A stretch of DNA of 59,825 bases, counting the filler, from Sphacelaria rigidula (lineage: Eukaryota), in NCBI GenBank assembly GCA_964200075.2. It is 10 parts of 10 records of this genome, joined end to end, with 100 filler letters (N's around TTAATTAATTAA, not from the genome) between each part and the next. Parts side by side here need not be neighbours in the genome. Positions count along the whole stretch, not along the records: positions 35,958 to 41,849 come from CAXNAA020023684.1; positions 41,950 to 47,841 come from CAXNAA020023685.1; positions 47,942 to 53,833 come from CAXNAA020023686.1; 7 more parts are not named here. One strand, written 5' to 3'. Made by a program: the position numbers and the translations under genes. Under the pieces are notes generated by a model. It made no database searches, was not told the origin of the DNA, and saw nothing but the letters and a program-made list of their open reading frames with translations. Of this stretch, positions 37,370 through 51,097 are shown piece by piece. Within the stretch, counting starts at the first letter, position 1. Every line of letters begins with the position of its first letter.

Positions 37370-39119
37370 CTACGCAAAATTCCAGGAAATACAGCAAGGC
37401 GAAAGATAATGTTGAAGTGAATAAAATGAAAAAATCCGAGATCATAGCGCTCCCCTTTTTTAGATCAGCGAAAATCCCCATGAATTCTATCAAGGCTTTG
37501 ACGCTGTGTAGTAATGCACAACTTTTTGTTTCACACGCGGCATGCCTGTTTTCTCAACGCGAGGGGCGGCGTAGGTAGCATTTTAGTTGGCGTCGTATAT
37601 ACGTCTGAATACGCGGGGTCGGGTTGTGATCCGACGGCAATCTTTCACCACTCTCACCTTTACTGTACTGCACTATTCAAACTAATCACACCTTTTGAAT
37701 CCCGCTCCTCCCTCAAGGAAGTAGAAGTGACGTCTGTGTGTATTCTGACTAAAAACACCACACAAACTACCCATTCTAAAAGAGAGGAGAATCGGGGGAA
37801 ATGGGCGACTTGAGATTCTTTCGAAGATGCTTGTAGATTACCTGGCGATTCGTTTGACTGTAGGTTTCAGGCAGTAACAGAACAGTTGTATTTGATTTCA
37901 AGATGATGAAACGGCAACAAAAAAGCACAAGTGAGGCGCCACGAAATATCTGCATGGCACAACCAAGCAGCGAAACCCCGCGCAAGACCACGGACGAGTC
38001 ACACTCTCGTTCGGATCATCAACATGCGTTCTCTGCGGCAGCAGCTCTCGTGCATATCCACATACGCCACGTCCGAGCTCAAGACCCACGGTACATCATG
38101 AGCTGTTGCGTTCTTCCCTGAAAAGCACCCTCTACATTGACATTCAGCGAGTGACTCCAAGAAACTGCTACACACAACCACGTCCGTGTAGCACACAGAT
38201 CGGGGTTTCTCCTTGATCCCAGGAGACAGGCGGGAAACTCTTGCCTGTGCAGTTCCCTATTTCTAGTTTCGCAAAGCGCGTTAGACCGCCGGTGCAGTTG
38301 GGCTCAACTTCCCCGCGTGCTCAGGATCCTCCCTCGAGCAATCCCCTTCATGATTGCTCGTTCGGCGTACGGGTGGGCACCAAGGCGGGGCACACTTTTT
38401 CTTTGCCCAGATCTTCTCGGTGTCCCACCGAGTGGACCTTTCTCTTAGTACCCCCAACTCGACTCTGTGAACGAAACAGCCTACCCATCTGAGCTTCGGT
38501 CTTTGAGTATACAGGGAGTTATACATCCTGCAGGCCACCTGGATTCGGCAGCCGGGATGGTTTCACCAAGGACAGCGTAGTGAATGTTGTTCGACAGCTT
38601 TGACTGCACACAAGCACATCAACCATGGAGGCCTAACGCTTCTGGTTCCGTACGAACGTACAAGCCCCGACTACAACGGTACGTTCTTTTTTGTCTCACT
38701 CCGAACGTGACTTCGCACGCGGAGGAATGGCACCCGGGAGTTGCGTCTTGGCTAATAGCTCCAGAAAGTTTGTCGTGTCGACGCCGTTGTGCCGCGGGAT
38801 GGTATGAGGACGTTGGGCTGAGAACTGCATAGAAACCATCTACTTGTGCGGAAAAGAACGTACTGCGGGATGAGACAAAAGACTGTAGATAGAGGGATGT
38901 GAAGAGACAATCCATTTGTACGGTAAAGAGAGAAAAATGAATTTTCAATAATCCGACAAGTAAACAAGACATCCCAAGCATACGTTGTTAACAACCATAG
39001 AACTTGACTCACGATAAATCGGAGCTGTACCGGGGGGGGGGGGGGATCCGCAAACCCACGACCTTCTTGTAGCGGCGCGCCACTATTCTCACAAACAAGA
39101 AGACCCGCCTTCCACTCAC

Positions 39120-39363
39120 TTCTGCGAGGTGGGGTTGAAGGAGAGCAGAGCTTTCCTCGTGCCACCTCTCCAAAGCCGTGATTCCCACAACCGCTGTCGG
39201 CAGATGTGAAGATCCTGAAGTCAGGGCCAGCTTAAGGGCAGGGACAAGAGGCGCAAGATCCTCGTCCAAGAGCCCTATGGGTGCGCTGAGGAGTGTTTCC
39301 GTGCATGCCGCCAGGAGCTCGTCTCGAAAACCGCTCAGCCTTACGGTCATCCACTCGAGGTAT
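39120..39363 (-). CDS. PRKDC: DNA-dependent protein kinase catalytic subunit, N-HEAT region exon
   Basis: FRDELLAACTETLLSAP...LVPALKLALTSGSSHLPTAVVGITALERW...LQPHLAE parallels DNA-PKcs YKDELLASCLTFLLSLP...[29 protein letters not shown] as recalled. Acceptor aag, donor gtgagt. Confidence 0.88.
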
Positions 39364-40411
39364 CTTAGCGCGATACGACAGCAGCGTCAGATTCAGCAAA
39401 AATGGGTTGACAGCCTTCCAATTTCTGGTGTTACTGCATATCGGCTTCAATGCGTGCGTTATATGCGTGCACGACACGCAAAAAGTAGAAAGTGTCCTCA
39501 TGCCTTCGTCCGTACATTTCTCCGCGCATCATAGGCGTCAGGCCCCCACCCTTGTTTCTCTACTCCCGCCCCCGTACAACTCACTGATTGGTGGATTGGT
39601 AGACTGATCGCCCCGCAGTAATCGCTTCATGAAAACTGGAGTCTCGAGATGGAGGTGGTAATAAGTGCGAAGAAGCGAGAAAGCTAGGAATAATTCTACG
39701 GCAACACGAACGGCGAAAATAAATAAATAAGATGAACACGAGGAGAAAACACAGGGAGTACATGTACCGCTGCAGACGCTAAGAAACTGTATAGCGTTGG
39801 ATTCCGACAAGCCCCCCAGCCCTGAGCAGGGCTTCATGTAGGAGCTCATACAAACGGCAAAGCCATAGAAGCGGGATGAGACTAAGCTATTCGGAAACTG
39901 CGTCAGGAAAAAAAAACAAGTCGGCTATGAATAAAAGCGAAGGAGGCAGTAACTCTCATAACGCACACCAAGAAGAAAAAAGGCAAAATGCAAAAGGCAA
40001 AAAAAAAAAAAAATCGGGAAAAGGACGGACGGTTAGGTTAACCCAGTTTATAACAAGGTGAAGAAAGATCAGCCAGCAACATTAACACACATGAANNNNN
40101 NNNNNAAGGAGAAAAAAAAAAAAAGCAAAGAAAGAAAAAACCAACAAAAAGAAAAACAAAAAAAAAAAAGACAAAAAAAAAAAAGAAAAAAAAAAAAAAA
40201 AATCGGGAAGAGATCGTTCGGTTCAGTCACCGCTGGAAACAACAGAGCAAAGAGCGATCAGCCATCCACACGATCACCCGATGAAGAGATAATGGACCCC
40301 TTTTTGTTGCTGAAGGATGATACACCATGTGGTTCCACAGCAAAGGCTGTACAACTTCGTGTGCAGCCCCTGCACCCCCGTTAGCTGAAGCAACAACACG
40401 CCCTTCCTCAC

Positions 40412-40630
40412 CTGCACAATACCCGACGACATGTCGACCTGCCTCCACCACCATCACCACCGACCGTCCCTCCAGTCTCCCCCAGCCATCCTTCTCTTCT
40501 CCCTTCCTCTGCATCGACGGAGACACTTCCTTGCCTACCACCATTTCCATCACCATCTCCCTTGATCCCAATGGCATCCACAACGGACCCGGGTGCGGCG
40601 GGCGAGGTGTTGACAAAACGGGGCGCGAAC
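40412..40630 (-). CDS. PRKDC: DNA-PKcs exon (Gly-rich insert ending RSTCRRVLCR)
   Basis: Open frame, cag acceptor, gtgagg donor. The phase-2 end joins exactly to the next exon (AG|A = Arg). Confidence 0.6.
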
Positions 40631-40644
40631 CTGCTTGACCGGAG

Positions 40645-41135
40645 CGGAGGGGGTGTACTCATGATCATGCATGCCATGGTCACAAGACCATTGACCTCGC
40701 ATCCCTACAGAGCCGGGANNNNNNNNNNGTTTTCGCCGGACCGCGCTTGCAATCAATCACCAAGCGCGAAGCGCCGTGGTGTGTTCGGCAAGTCGCACGA
40801 AGGGGTTTGCTTCATTTTCTGGTATCGCCACTTCCAGAAACAGCCACGGCTTATACACTGCCTCACGGGCGTCTCACCAGTTCAACACTACGTGGTGCGA
40901 TCATCCCCATTGTGCGGAGTTGAGGTTCTCCACAACATGATGTAGCTCGACTATCATCATGGTTACCGCGAAAACAACGCAAGCGCGCAAAAACAAATCG
41001 GTGGCATGAATGCCTAGCTTACACAGTGAGTGGCGTGTTTTATAGCGTCATCACCAACCGACGACAACCCCATCGGGGGTCCGCCCCTACCAAGCCGGGA
41101 CGAAGCACGCCGGGTTCTGGCCGGACCAGGCTCAC
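40645..41135 (-). mobile_element. Long module B repeat copy in the putative DNA-PKcs intron (contains a 10-N gap)
   Basis: Reverse complement of 53055-53622, with an internal deletion. Confidence 0.75.
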
Positions 41136-41768
41136 TGGAGCGAGGGGGGAATCGAAGCGGAGATGTCAATCTGTGACAAAACGGTTACCGTTATCAACTC
41201 GTGGGTAAAGCAGTATGTAAGGAAGATTCCATACTTTTTGGCTGAAGCTAGATGTGTCGGGAACCGCACAAAGGTCCGTTAACTTGCCGATAAGTACGTA
41301 ATTCGGAACAACTTCTGCATCTTGCTCGTTAGCATACTAGTGTATGTTGCGCTTGTAGGGGCCCTGAATCATCTCAGCTCGTACTTCGTCTCTCGTTCTT
41401 CTTGCTGCCCAAATCCCCCATTGTGAGTCCAAACCGTTGCCTTCGGCAAGATAACTCGCACCACGAGATAAGTATCCAGCCGAATTTTATATATCGGGTA
41501 TACTGCGTTCCTAGTCCACATCTAATGGGCACACTACAATATATCTGGAAAATTACTCACAGTAACGTTGACCACTCGAGAAGCAGTTTTACTTATCACC
41601 GACTGCAAGAGGTTAGCAATATATAGATACACCGTTTTCGCTTTACAGCCTGGTGGTATGGCTTTCTTCACGGGCTCAAACCACGAAGCTTGAAGAGTGT
41701 GCAATTTTCCAATATTCTTGGATGACCGAAGCAGGTCAAACGATAACAGGAGGGTACCGAAGAGAAAT

Positions 41769-41849
41769 GTACAGTACAGACCAGTACAGTGCAGTGCAGT
41801 GCAGTGTAGTACAGACCAGTACAGTACAGTACAGTGCAGTACAGTACAG
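41769..41849. repeat. (CAGTA/CAGTG)n pentanucleotide repeat at the contig end
   Basis: Directly visible. Confidence 0.95.
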
Positions 41850-42059
41850 NNNNNNNNNNNNNNNNNNNNNNNNNNNNNNNNNNNNNNNNNNNNTTAATTA
41901 ATTAANNNNNNNNNNNNNNNNNNNNNNNNNNNNNNNNNNNNNNNNNNNNCCCCCCAAAAAAAGGGGGCCCCGTCCCCAAAGGGGAGGGGGGTCAAGGGTA
42001 AAAAACCAAAAGCCAAAAAAAAAAATGAGTACCCCCCCCCCCCCCCCCCCCCCTCAGTG

Positions 42060-45000
42060 AACATACCACTATACACCAACCAGCCACTCAAAGCGCTGAC
42101 GGTATTCCCACTCTTCATTCTCAGATGGCATCTCTCCACGTGAGCCCAAATTCTACGAAAACCTTTCCTGACGATGACCTCCGCACCCAAACCGGTGCTG
42201 AACCCTGTAATCGTCCTACTCTGGCTATTGATGACCAGCCCAAGCCAGAACAATCCCCGCCCACGCGTGACGAAGCATATTCCCAGCTTAAGCAGACTCG
42301 CCCAGCGTTCATCCCAACGCGCCATTGGTCCAACTTTTCGGTGACTGAACAAACTGAGTGCTGGGACCAGATTCGGAACAACGATCTAGCACAGCTTGAA
42401 CATGCGTTGAGAGAGTTGGAATTTTCCCGCCTCCAGGTGGGTCAACATGAGGATTTTTCAGGGCTGCAAGAGCCCGCACAGGCCCCCCGTAAGATAGATG
42501 TTCATCCCGAGAAAAAGCCAACGGAACAGAGCGAACTAAAGCGCGCGATACGCGACTCCACGAAAGCTCTGGAAATTGCGGAGCAAGAATGTAAACTGAT
42601 AGCTCAAAGACACTCAGACGCTTTGCACCATTTTTCAATATGTTGGCAAACCTGGCAGTCACGACTCCGTTCGTACGGTCGCTTACACCGCTAACGTTGC
42701 CCAACGCCTGACCCACCTGACCTGGCACACTTTCAACCACATGCACTGGCCCACTCACAAAACGGTGACGTTTGCTCTTGAGATAACTAGTGCTGCGGCA
42801 GAATCCCGCCAGGACGGTACCCACACATCACTGATGCTCACCTCACAACTTGACAACTGTTTTGGAAACGTTCTACAAGTTTCGGACATGCGAAAAAGCA
42901 TCCAGCGGGGTAACCCAGTACGCGTTGCTCAGCCAAAAACCTAAGCGCCGCCACCTGCCTGTGTATTTTCTACTTCTGTAGTTGATTTCTCATCAGTTGG
43001 TACAATCCCACAATCAGAAATAAACAATGACCGGTAATTCACCGCAGAAGTATCCAACAATTCTATGTCAGCAATTGTTTTTTCGGACGGCCAGGTCACG
43101 GACATCACACACGTGAATTAAGGGCGGCCACCGCGGGTTCAGTCATGTGGTGTGGGTTCCCTGGATATGCTGACACTGCCTTGAAGGCTTCTAAGACAGT
43201 CGAGGCCCGTGCACCGTTGCATGGCTATCAATTGAGCAGTGATCAAACCCAACGTTTTAACGCTGGATTTGATCACCCAGTTTTACATCCACCAGGCACA
43301 AATCATATCCAATCGAATCCCTTTCCTTCGGGGGAGAGGATGTCATGTAGTGCAGTTTCTAACGCATCAGGAGCCGAAATATCTCGGTACGGTAGACGCT
43401 GCCCCTTCGCCTGTTCAGTGAAGGACAGCAGATTCAAAGCCACATACTCAAGCACCCCCCAACTGCTCGAGTGCCCGGCTGACTACCCTACCGAGTTCCG
43501 CCAAAACTACGGTACCCGGTTCCCTTTTATTTGATGAGCGTAATCGTTCCTTGAAGGGTCGCAACCGCAAAGAGCTTATGCTTTCCGTTGCTCAGCGGGT
43601 TGGAATGGAACCCCAAGTGACAGCGACTCAGGTGGTGCGCCAAGAGCGTGACCTAGGTTCGACTGTCCGAGAACTCATTTCAATAGCTCCTGGAGCCGCC
43701 GACCCTTTCGTGCGCAAAAACCGTCACCCTAGGCGGGCTCCTCCAGATGGTCATGTAGATAACCCTGACGTAGCAAGCGCGCACGTGAACTCCAAGGAAG
43801 AGATTGTGCGTGAGCTCAGACAGATGAAAACCTTAAAGTGGAACAGGCTGGTACTCTCAAGATTTCGAACAGATCGTTACTGCTCCCTGACCACCCCTCG
43901 TACACTGCGTTAGAACCCATTTCCGATGAAGCGTCGCCGTCTGTAGGGACAGAGACTTCGCCGACTCATGGTCGTTCGCATCCTAGTCATGAAGACACCC
44001 CAATCGTGTGTTCATCACCAGGCAGACAAAGTGTTACGCAAGACGACTCGTCTCCTAACTCGCCCACATTGGCCCCTTTAATAGACGCCAGGTTGAACAA
44101 CACAGCTCTACCAACCCCCCGTCCTGACGAATCGTCTCCCAAACCCCCCATGTTGGCCCTAACTAGTGACGGTATTGAATTGATTGGCGAATCAAACTCA
44201 ACACCGCGTCCCGATTAATCGTCCCCCGTTCTGACCAAGCTGGATAATGTAATTGATGCCGCTTTGCACAATGACGATTCGCCCTCTCTGTTGGCCAATA
44301 AGGGTGAAACACCACACACAAACCGATTGTCGGGTCCAACCACAACAACTGCCCTTCCCCAGCATCGCTCCTCCGTTGCAGTATATGATATTCAACCCTC
44401 GACTGATGAGACAAATATTTCAGGCACCAACACTGACACTCCATGCACGCACAACCCCCTCGACCAAACACTCGTCCCACAGGACCATCAACGGGTGTAG
44501 TTTAGCACCTTCGTTCAAAATGTAAAGCAGGATGTGTCAGATGTCTTACCCGAATTCGGGCCCGATCTCGTCAGTGGTACTGCAACCATGGATGATGCTT
44601 CTTTTACGACCAAGATAGGTTTACATAGTGGAGCGCGTGCAATTTGTCATTTGATAACTCTTGCACTACCAGACTCTAGTTAACCTCAAACATTCATTAC
44701 AGCCAGCTGCTAGCAACAGATGATCAACGCGGGCGCGGCGGACGAGCATTGTCTATCCAACGTGCACCCTCGTGTTTTCGGTGGGTTTGGTTCCTCCACA
44801 TCTCTTACGGTTAACCAATCGGTGCGACTAAGTGTACAACTCTACCAGGATACTACTCCCACTGCTCGGTTGTCCGTATGGGCGCTGATTGTGCCCGAGG
44901 GTTCCATGTCTTTTGATGTTTTGTTGGGTCGAGATAGTTGGCTTCGTTTTTCCACACACACGTATACGTCGGACACACCTGTCCCGAACCGTCCAGTCAC

Positions 45001-46680
45001 AGGCAAACTGTCACTGGGTCACTTCGACGCTGATTCGGGAGCCCATGCATATAAGGATGACTCCACGCAAACAGTTTATGCTTTCCGTCTGTACTAAGTT
45101 GGTGAACCTGTAGTCTCGCTTTCTCGTGAACCCCAACTTATACATGTGAACCTCGTGAGACGCAATGGATCGCTCGCCCTCACAGGACACTATTTGGTCG
45201 AATTGCTCAAACCTGACCAAGCACAGGTTGGTTCGTTTGAACAGACCGAAGTCTTTGTTCATGAAGTTAGGCAAGCCATTTACCTCGCGTTCCTTGCATG
45301 TTTCGATATACTCAACGAACAGTTGTTGGGTTATGCTCAAGCGCCTCTCGTACGAACAGCCCTGTCAAACGTGTGCCCCCCTGCGGAAATCGACTGGTCA
45401 ACCGACCCCCCGAAATCCACGGGCCCCCCTCCGCTACACATGCCTGACCCCATGGTGGTGACAAATCCACCAGATGCGCCTGAACCTGAACCCCCAACTG
45501 CATCACTAGATAGATTTTCCCCAGAACAACGCGCCAGTTTTTCAAACGTTGTGGGATGACATCCCCCCTCATTTGCGGCATATTGTTTTTGATCTATCCG
45601 GCGATGGTTGGAAACCTACTGTAATCGATAGATTGACATCCATCTTGGTTAGATATTCTGAACGGTTTTCTACTGCACCCTTGGATTTAGGTCGATGTAC
45701 CACGACACCGTTTAAGATCAAAACCCGCGATGGCACTTCGCCTATCGCAATGCGTCCGTACCGTACGAACCCCCTTTTAGCGGATGAGATCCAGGTAATT
45801 CTCGATGATAACTTATCCGCCGGTTTAATTCGGCACTCGACGTTTTCATGGACCGCGCCTTTATTAGTCGCTCATGAGAAAAACGACAAAATCAGACTGA
45901 CGGTCAATTATCAACGATTGAACGCTGCCACCAAAATCGCCCGGCTGCCACTTCCACGGATTGATTCAATGATTGACTCTCTTGGCGGGGGTAAAGTATT
46001 TTCGAACTTTGATATGCAATCCGGCTACCACCAACTCGTGATGGATCCGAGTTCCATTGAACTGACAGCGTTTTGCACGCCATCAGGTTTGTACGAGTGG
46101 CTGGTTACACCACAAGGTACCGCCGGAGCTCCAGGTGCGTTTCAACGTGTAATGTTCCGTGTAACTCATGGATTGCCCAAATGCCATATGTACCTCGATG
46201 ATGCGGTGTGCCACGACTCCACACCAGCCGAACACGTGGAACAGTTGGCATCATTCTTCAATTGGTTTGAACAACACAACTTGAAACTCGCCCCCTCCCA
46301 ATCCTGCATTGGCGCCACGAAGATTGAGTTCTTGGGTCATTGCATCACCCCTGAAGATCGTAGCCCAAACCTCGACAAGGTCGCCGCACTCGCTGATATG
46401 CCCATGTCACGGGATATTTCTCAACTGCGTTCCTTGTTGGGAGATCTAAGCTACGACAGACAGTACTTGCCAAACTTTGCCCAAACACTGAAACCTCTCA
46501 CCACCCTCCTCAAAAAAGGGGTGAAATTTGTGTTCACATCCGCCGTCTTCTTGACACCCTTTCGCGCCCGCGGATTCTCGTCTTCCCCGACTGGTCGGCA
46601 GCGGAGCAAGGTTCCCGCCCTTTCCGTCTCTACACAGATTCTTCCAAAATTGGGTTTGGCTGCACATTAGAGCAGTGTCT
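42060..46680 (+). mobile_element. Ty3/Gypsy retrotransposon relic, same family as contig 5
   Basis: Protease-region ARLSVWALIVP...FDVLLGRDSWLRFST (44720-45097) is nearly identical to 27107-27487. RT ORF at 45549-46670. Confidence 0.92.
45549..46670 (+). pseudogene. Gypsy reverse transcriptase domain, uninterrupted for ~330 aa, then deleted or frameshifted in the RNase H region
   Basis: RPYRTNP, IRLTVNYQRLN, FDMQSGYHQ, TAFCTPSGLYEW..TPQG, YLDD, IEFLGH. Confidence 0.93.
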
Positions 46681-46809
46681 TTGTGTTGATCGTACCTTAT
46701 CGTTCCCCATATCGAAAGAATACTTGATGTTCAAAACGAGTCTCACTTTCTGTGGTGTGGGAGTGGTGTGTCTCGATGCTGTTCGTTCCTTCTGAGAAGG
46801 AACTGCACT

Positions 46810-47704
46810 TGTCACGATCCAGGGTGGGCGGTGATGGTATATGACCGCGTGCGAGAATTAAACTGGTACATAAGGACACCACGATCATCGACGAACGATC
46901 GGCGGCTATGGAAATATTCTAGTCGAATGTGTGCTTGTGTACGATATAAATTGGATTGTTGAAGCGTTGATCCAGCAGTTCACGAGTTGGATGAGGATTG
47001 TATTGTACACGATTAGCCGCGTGTACTTTCTGCTACTACAGCTTTGATTGGCTAAAGGCACGGTGCGTCACGCTGATTTTGTATCATGACAAGGTTGTAA
47101 GCGAGGCAGGAGGACGTGCTGACAAAACAGCGACCCTAAGCTGTTGCTACCCACCTCCTTTACTTGCAATCCATCGGTCAAAGAAAGGCTTCGTAGGACT
47201 AACTACAAAAAGGGTAATCAGTTTTCATCTGATCTACCAACGTCTCATCCTCTGGCCTGCAAGCCGTTACTCAATAAGTGAGTTACGCGTACCATAATCC
47301 CTGTCTATCTTTTGGTTTTCCCTTTTCTGAAAGGACGCGGTGCGTACGCGCAATAGCAGCTGTAGCTGCTACTGTGTGCCTGCCGTGTGTGAGAGAATCT
47401 TACTGCCTTGAGTTAACGAGCCGAACACTGGATCAGCTTGTCACATCTCTATCTTGGGGTGCGGCTTGCTCTGCTACTGTATACTACTACATTGTGGGAC
47501 TTCAACGGTAGTTTGTTTCATTCAAGCTGTAGGGGTTTCTCTCTCGCTCGGCCGCTGTTCATGCACCAGCCAAACACAACCTCACGTTTGTTTTTTTCAA
47601 GTCGTGTACTTTCGGTCCTTGATTTTCACTTGATATTTGGATACAGGATTTATCGGTGTGATCTCATCACTCGGGTATTTTGTTTCTTGGCCCAAGCAAG
47701 GACA
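46810..47704. mobile_element. Possible solo LTR
   Basis: Begins TGTCACGA with a candidate end ...GGACA. Non-coding. The 5-bp flanks GCACT/GCTAT match poorly. Confidence 0.3.
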
Positions 47705-48142
47705 GCTATTTTTTTTGCGACCGAACCATGAGGCGCGTGAGGTACGCGCACACACGCAAGTCCCCTTTTGCTTCAGACTAATGCCGAGATAGCCCCCCCA
47801 CAAAAAGTGCACCGGCACCATCCAACGAACCGGCTGCGATCNNNNNNNNNNNNNNNNNNNNNNNNNNNNNNNNNNNNNNNNNNNNTTAATTAATTAANNN
47901 NNNNNNNNNNNNNNNNNNNNNNNNNNNNNNNNNNNNNNNNNTGTTTCGTTTAGACGCCAGACACGTCATTCCTGACCAGCCTCATTGGTCGTTCTGGAGG
48001 CCCGGTCCCAAAAGGATTAAACGCGTTTCGCCGGAACGGCACACGCCTACGGCGGTGTTGTCTTATCTGCGCGAATGTATGCGCGGGCCATTTATTGTTA
48101 AAAAAAAAAAAATGATCAAAATTACAAAAAGGTCTGTCTCAC

Positions 48143-48217
48143 CTTGACCCCTTCGCGGACACCCGCGTTGGACAGAACATCGTACGTTTCAAACTCAACG
48201 TCACACGCGCGAAGCAC
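48143..48217 (-). CDS. Exon of a monothiol (CGFS-type) glutaredoxin
   Basis: VLRACDVEFETYDVLSNAGVREGVK matches the segment between CGFS and YS.WPT in Grx5-type proteins. Acceptor cag, donor gtgaga, 75 nt. Confidence 0.78.
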
Positions 48218-49929
48218 CTGCGAAGTGATCATAGGGTACGGACAGCGACGGCGATAACGGCGAAAGCGCCGCGAGAGGGGAGAGGTGCTCTTCATAAGGT
48301 ACATTCGCTGTCAAAGATAATCACTGACTGAGCTTACTCCGTGATAGTCATACTGAGGTCCATCACGGGACGTACTGAAAGCTACAGACGTGCTCTATTA
48401 TTTGTTGTAGCGATGCCAGCAGATGTACATGATGTACATGCAGCTGAGGGCTGATTTGCGGGGCATTTCCGAGTGCTCTCTGAAAGGTGCCCAGGAAGAG
48501 GTTCCACAACAGCAGCTGCGGAATATTCTGCGAGTGCTTCCCGAGTGTTCTCAGGAAAATTCCCAGGATGTGGTTCTAGAACACGAAGAGCTTGATAAGA
48601 CACGATGTTCGCGCACGACCGCAATATCCCACTTGAATCACCTCCAACCTGATGATCCTGATGTCTGCTGCACGGGACAGATTATATGACGGTATACTCA
48701 CCGTAGCTCACAGCTTACCGACCCTTGCGTTATGCTCGGCGAACTGTGCTCAGCGGTAGATCAGTACCCGCACTACAAACAGCACACTCCACGCGCCGAA
48801 CAGGCGGAATGTGCCTCACATTTCGTGGTACTCCTTACACATACAGTTGTAGACAACGCAGTGCCGTGGTGTACTGACTGTACAGGGTGCTGTGCGCTAA
48901 TTTACACTGTGCTGTACTGGCTGAAGGCTAGTCTATACAATATGTGCAGCATATGTACTTTCGAACGGCAAAGTACAGTGAGAGTTAGCGGGGAATGTAC
49001 AAAACCTCCAAGTTGGCCCGCCAGGTGCTCCGCGTTCACAATGGTGCTGTTGAACCCACAGGAACGTGGCAATCAAGCCAGCACAATAGTTTTGTCTCTC
49101 ATGAAGCTCAAGTCTCAAACTACTCTGCTGTATACTTTTTTTGCGTGGCATTTAAACTATTTTCGACACCCGAAATCGAGTGGGAAAAGGGCACGACGAC
49201 TTCGCGAATCATGTTGACGTGAAAAAAGGCGCGCATCGTGTACAAAATAGCGTCCTTGGGGTGCGTTGAGTTACAAGCTCGGGAAGCGAGATGCTTACAC
49301 CATTTTTGTTGTTACCATTCACAGTGATGCTGCGATAGCCATCTCCGGAGAAGGAGGCGAAAAATACATGTGAAAAAAAAAATGCCAAGCCGAGCACACC
49401 TAGCAGCTGGTAATTCCCATGCTGGGGATCGTCCCCGCCAATGTCGCCCAAATAATGAGGCGCTTTATGCAGTCTGAAATCACGATCATGCGCTATATGG
49501 TCCCTTTCTTCGTGACAGTTTGGGGGCTGGTTTGGGGGGGGGGGGGGGGGGGGGGGCTATCGCGGAATTACTCTCCATCGTGCAGAGTACAGTACGGCAT
49601 AGCAGAGCGCGTATTTTTGCAACTTTATACGTCATAGTGTATGACGCGGCCCTCCCAAGAGTCACGCAAACAAACGCTATGCGTTCAACTATTGGTGCCT
49701 AGGATAACTGAAGACATGAAAAAATGACAATATGCAGCACAGTACGTGATTATTCTCACTGAAGATGATACGAGGTGAAAACAATTGAGCAAAATTTCAC
49801 GCGGGGCGTGCAATTATCAATGAAACGGTTGGACGAAAAATGATTCGTCTGTGAATTACTTCCTTTTCGTGTGGTTGATACATACGGTACGAATGAATCG
49901 CTGTGCGTTCCAGCGTTGCACCCCAGATA

Positions 49930-50330
49930 CGTGCACCCAGGCACACGCGGAACGGCACAAAATTTGCGTAGAGACTTCTTTTTCGATTCGCCGCTCGATT
50001 TTTTCTCTCTTTCGAGCAATCAGGCCTCATGAATCGTAGGTTTGGTTATTCGAACCAGCGATGACTCGTCCGAACCTTGAATTAATCCAAGGGTCGGACG
50101 AATTAATGTTTCGCCTGGAAATTACTTGATACTAGTGTGATTGATTCCTTAGGCTTTGTTTTCAATTTTGAAACCCAGGTACGCGCAGCCCAGGCACGTG
50201 ATGTGGCGCAAAAATTGTGTGGAGACCTGTTCGACTAGTGGTCATTTTTTCTTCCCCTCTTTCGAGCAACCAGGCCTGAAAAATCGTGGATTTGGTTATT
50301 CGAACCGGCGATGATTCGTCCGACCCGTGA
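49930..50330. repeat. Two diverged ~145-bp direct repeats
   Basis: CCCAGGCAC...CTCTTTCGAGCAA.CAGGCCT...TTTGGTTATTCGAACC.GCGATGA.TCGTCCGA at 49935-50075 and 50189-50325. Confidence 0.8.
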
Positions 50331-51097
50331 ATTATTGCACAGCACTGGCCCGACCACATACCGAGTGACTTTTACGTGTGCGCATGACGAGTGCTTCTGG
50401 ACTTTTTCTCTGCCCTTCCCACGTGTTCGTGATGGCGCTCCACTTTTTCTGTTTCCGTTTTTCTTTTTTTTGCTTCTCTTCAAATCTCGAAATAATGAGG
50501 CGTCTGACCCGAGGATGGGAGGGGAGCGATCCAGATTGGTTGAAAAAGGTAGGTGTGGAGAAGATTCAAGATGTGAGTCACTGGACGTGAGGAGGGACAG
50601 CAACCGCGAGGCCGAAAGATTACTTTTTCATGCTTGAAAAAAAAAGCATTTCGAAGAGGCATATGAAAACACAAATACCGTTTCCTCTTGCGCAAAAAAA
50701 AGGCTAGATTCTGTGTGCGGCAAGAATCGATGTGTTGTGCAGGAGCGGGAATAATTTTCCCAGATGTTTATACTGGTTGCAGTATCTGGAAGCCATTTCA
50801 GAACACATTGACCTGCACGATTGCCCGTGTGATGAGTAAGGTGAGGCAATACAGTGTGGGAAAAGCAGTAAGGTACAAAGGCAAGTGCATCCACGGTGAG
50901 GTGACAATAACGCTGAGTGGATTCAAGTCGGGGGTCATCAGATCCGGGAGACGGATGTAGTGCGATATCAGTTGGTTACAGCATCGCGAATCGTTGTTGT
51001 CCGATTTTTGTTTTTTTTCCGTCCACCCTTCCCTCTGACGTCTTATCGGATTGTATCACGAGCTGGGCCAGCCGAGAAGCGAATATGTTGTTTGCAA

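Noticed and set aside
40096..40205. Lys-rich ORF
   Set aside because: Low-quality poly-A-rich sequence next to a 10-N scaffold gap.
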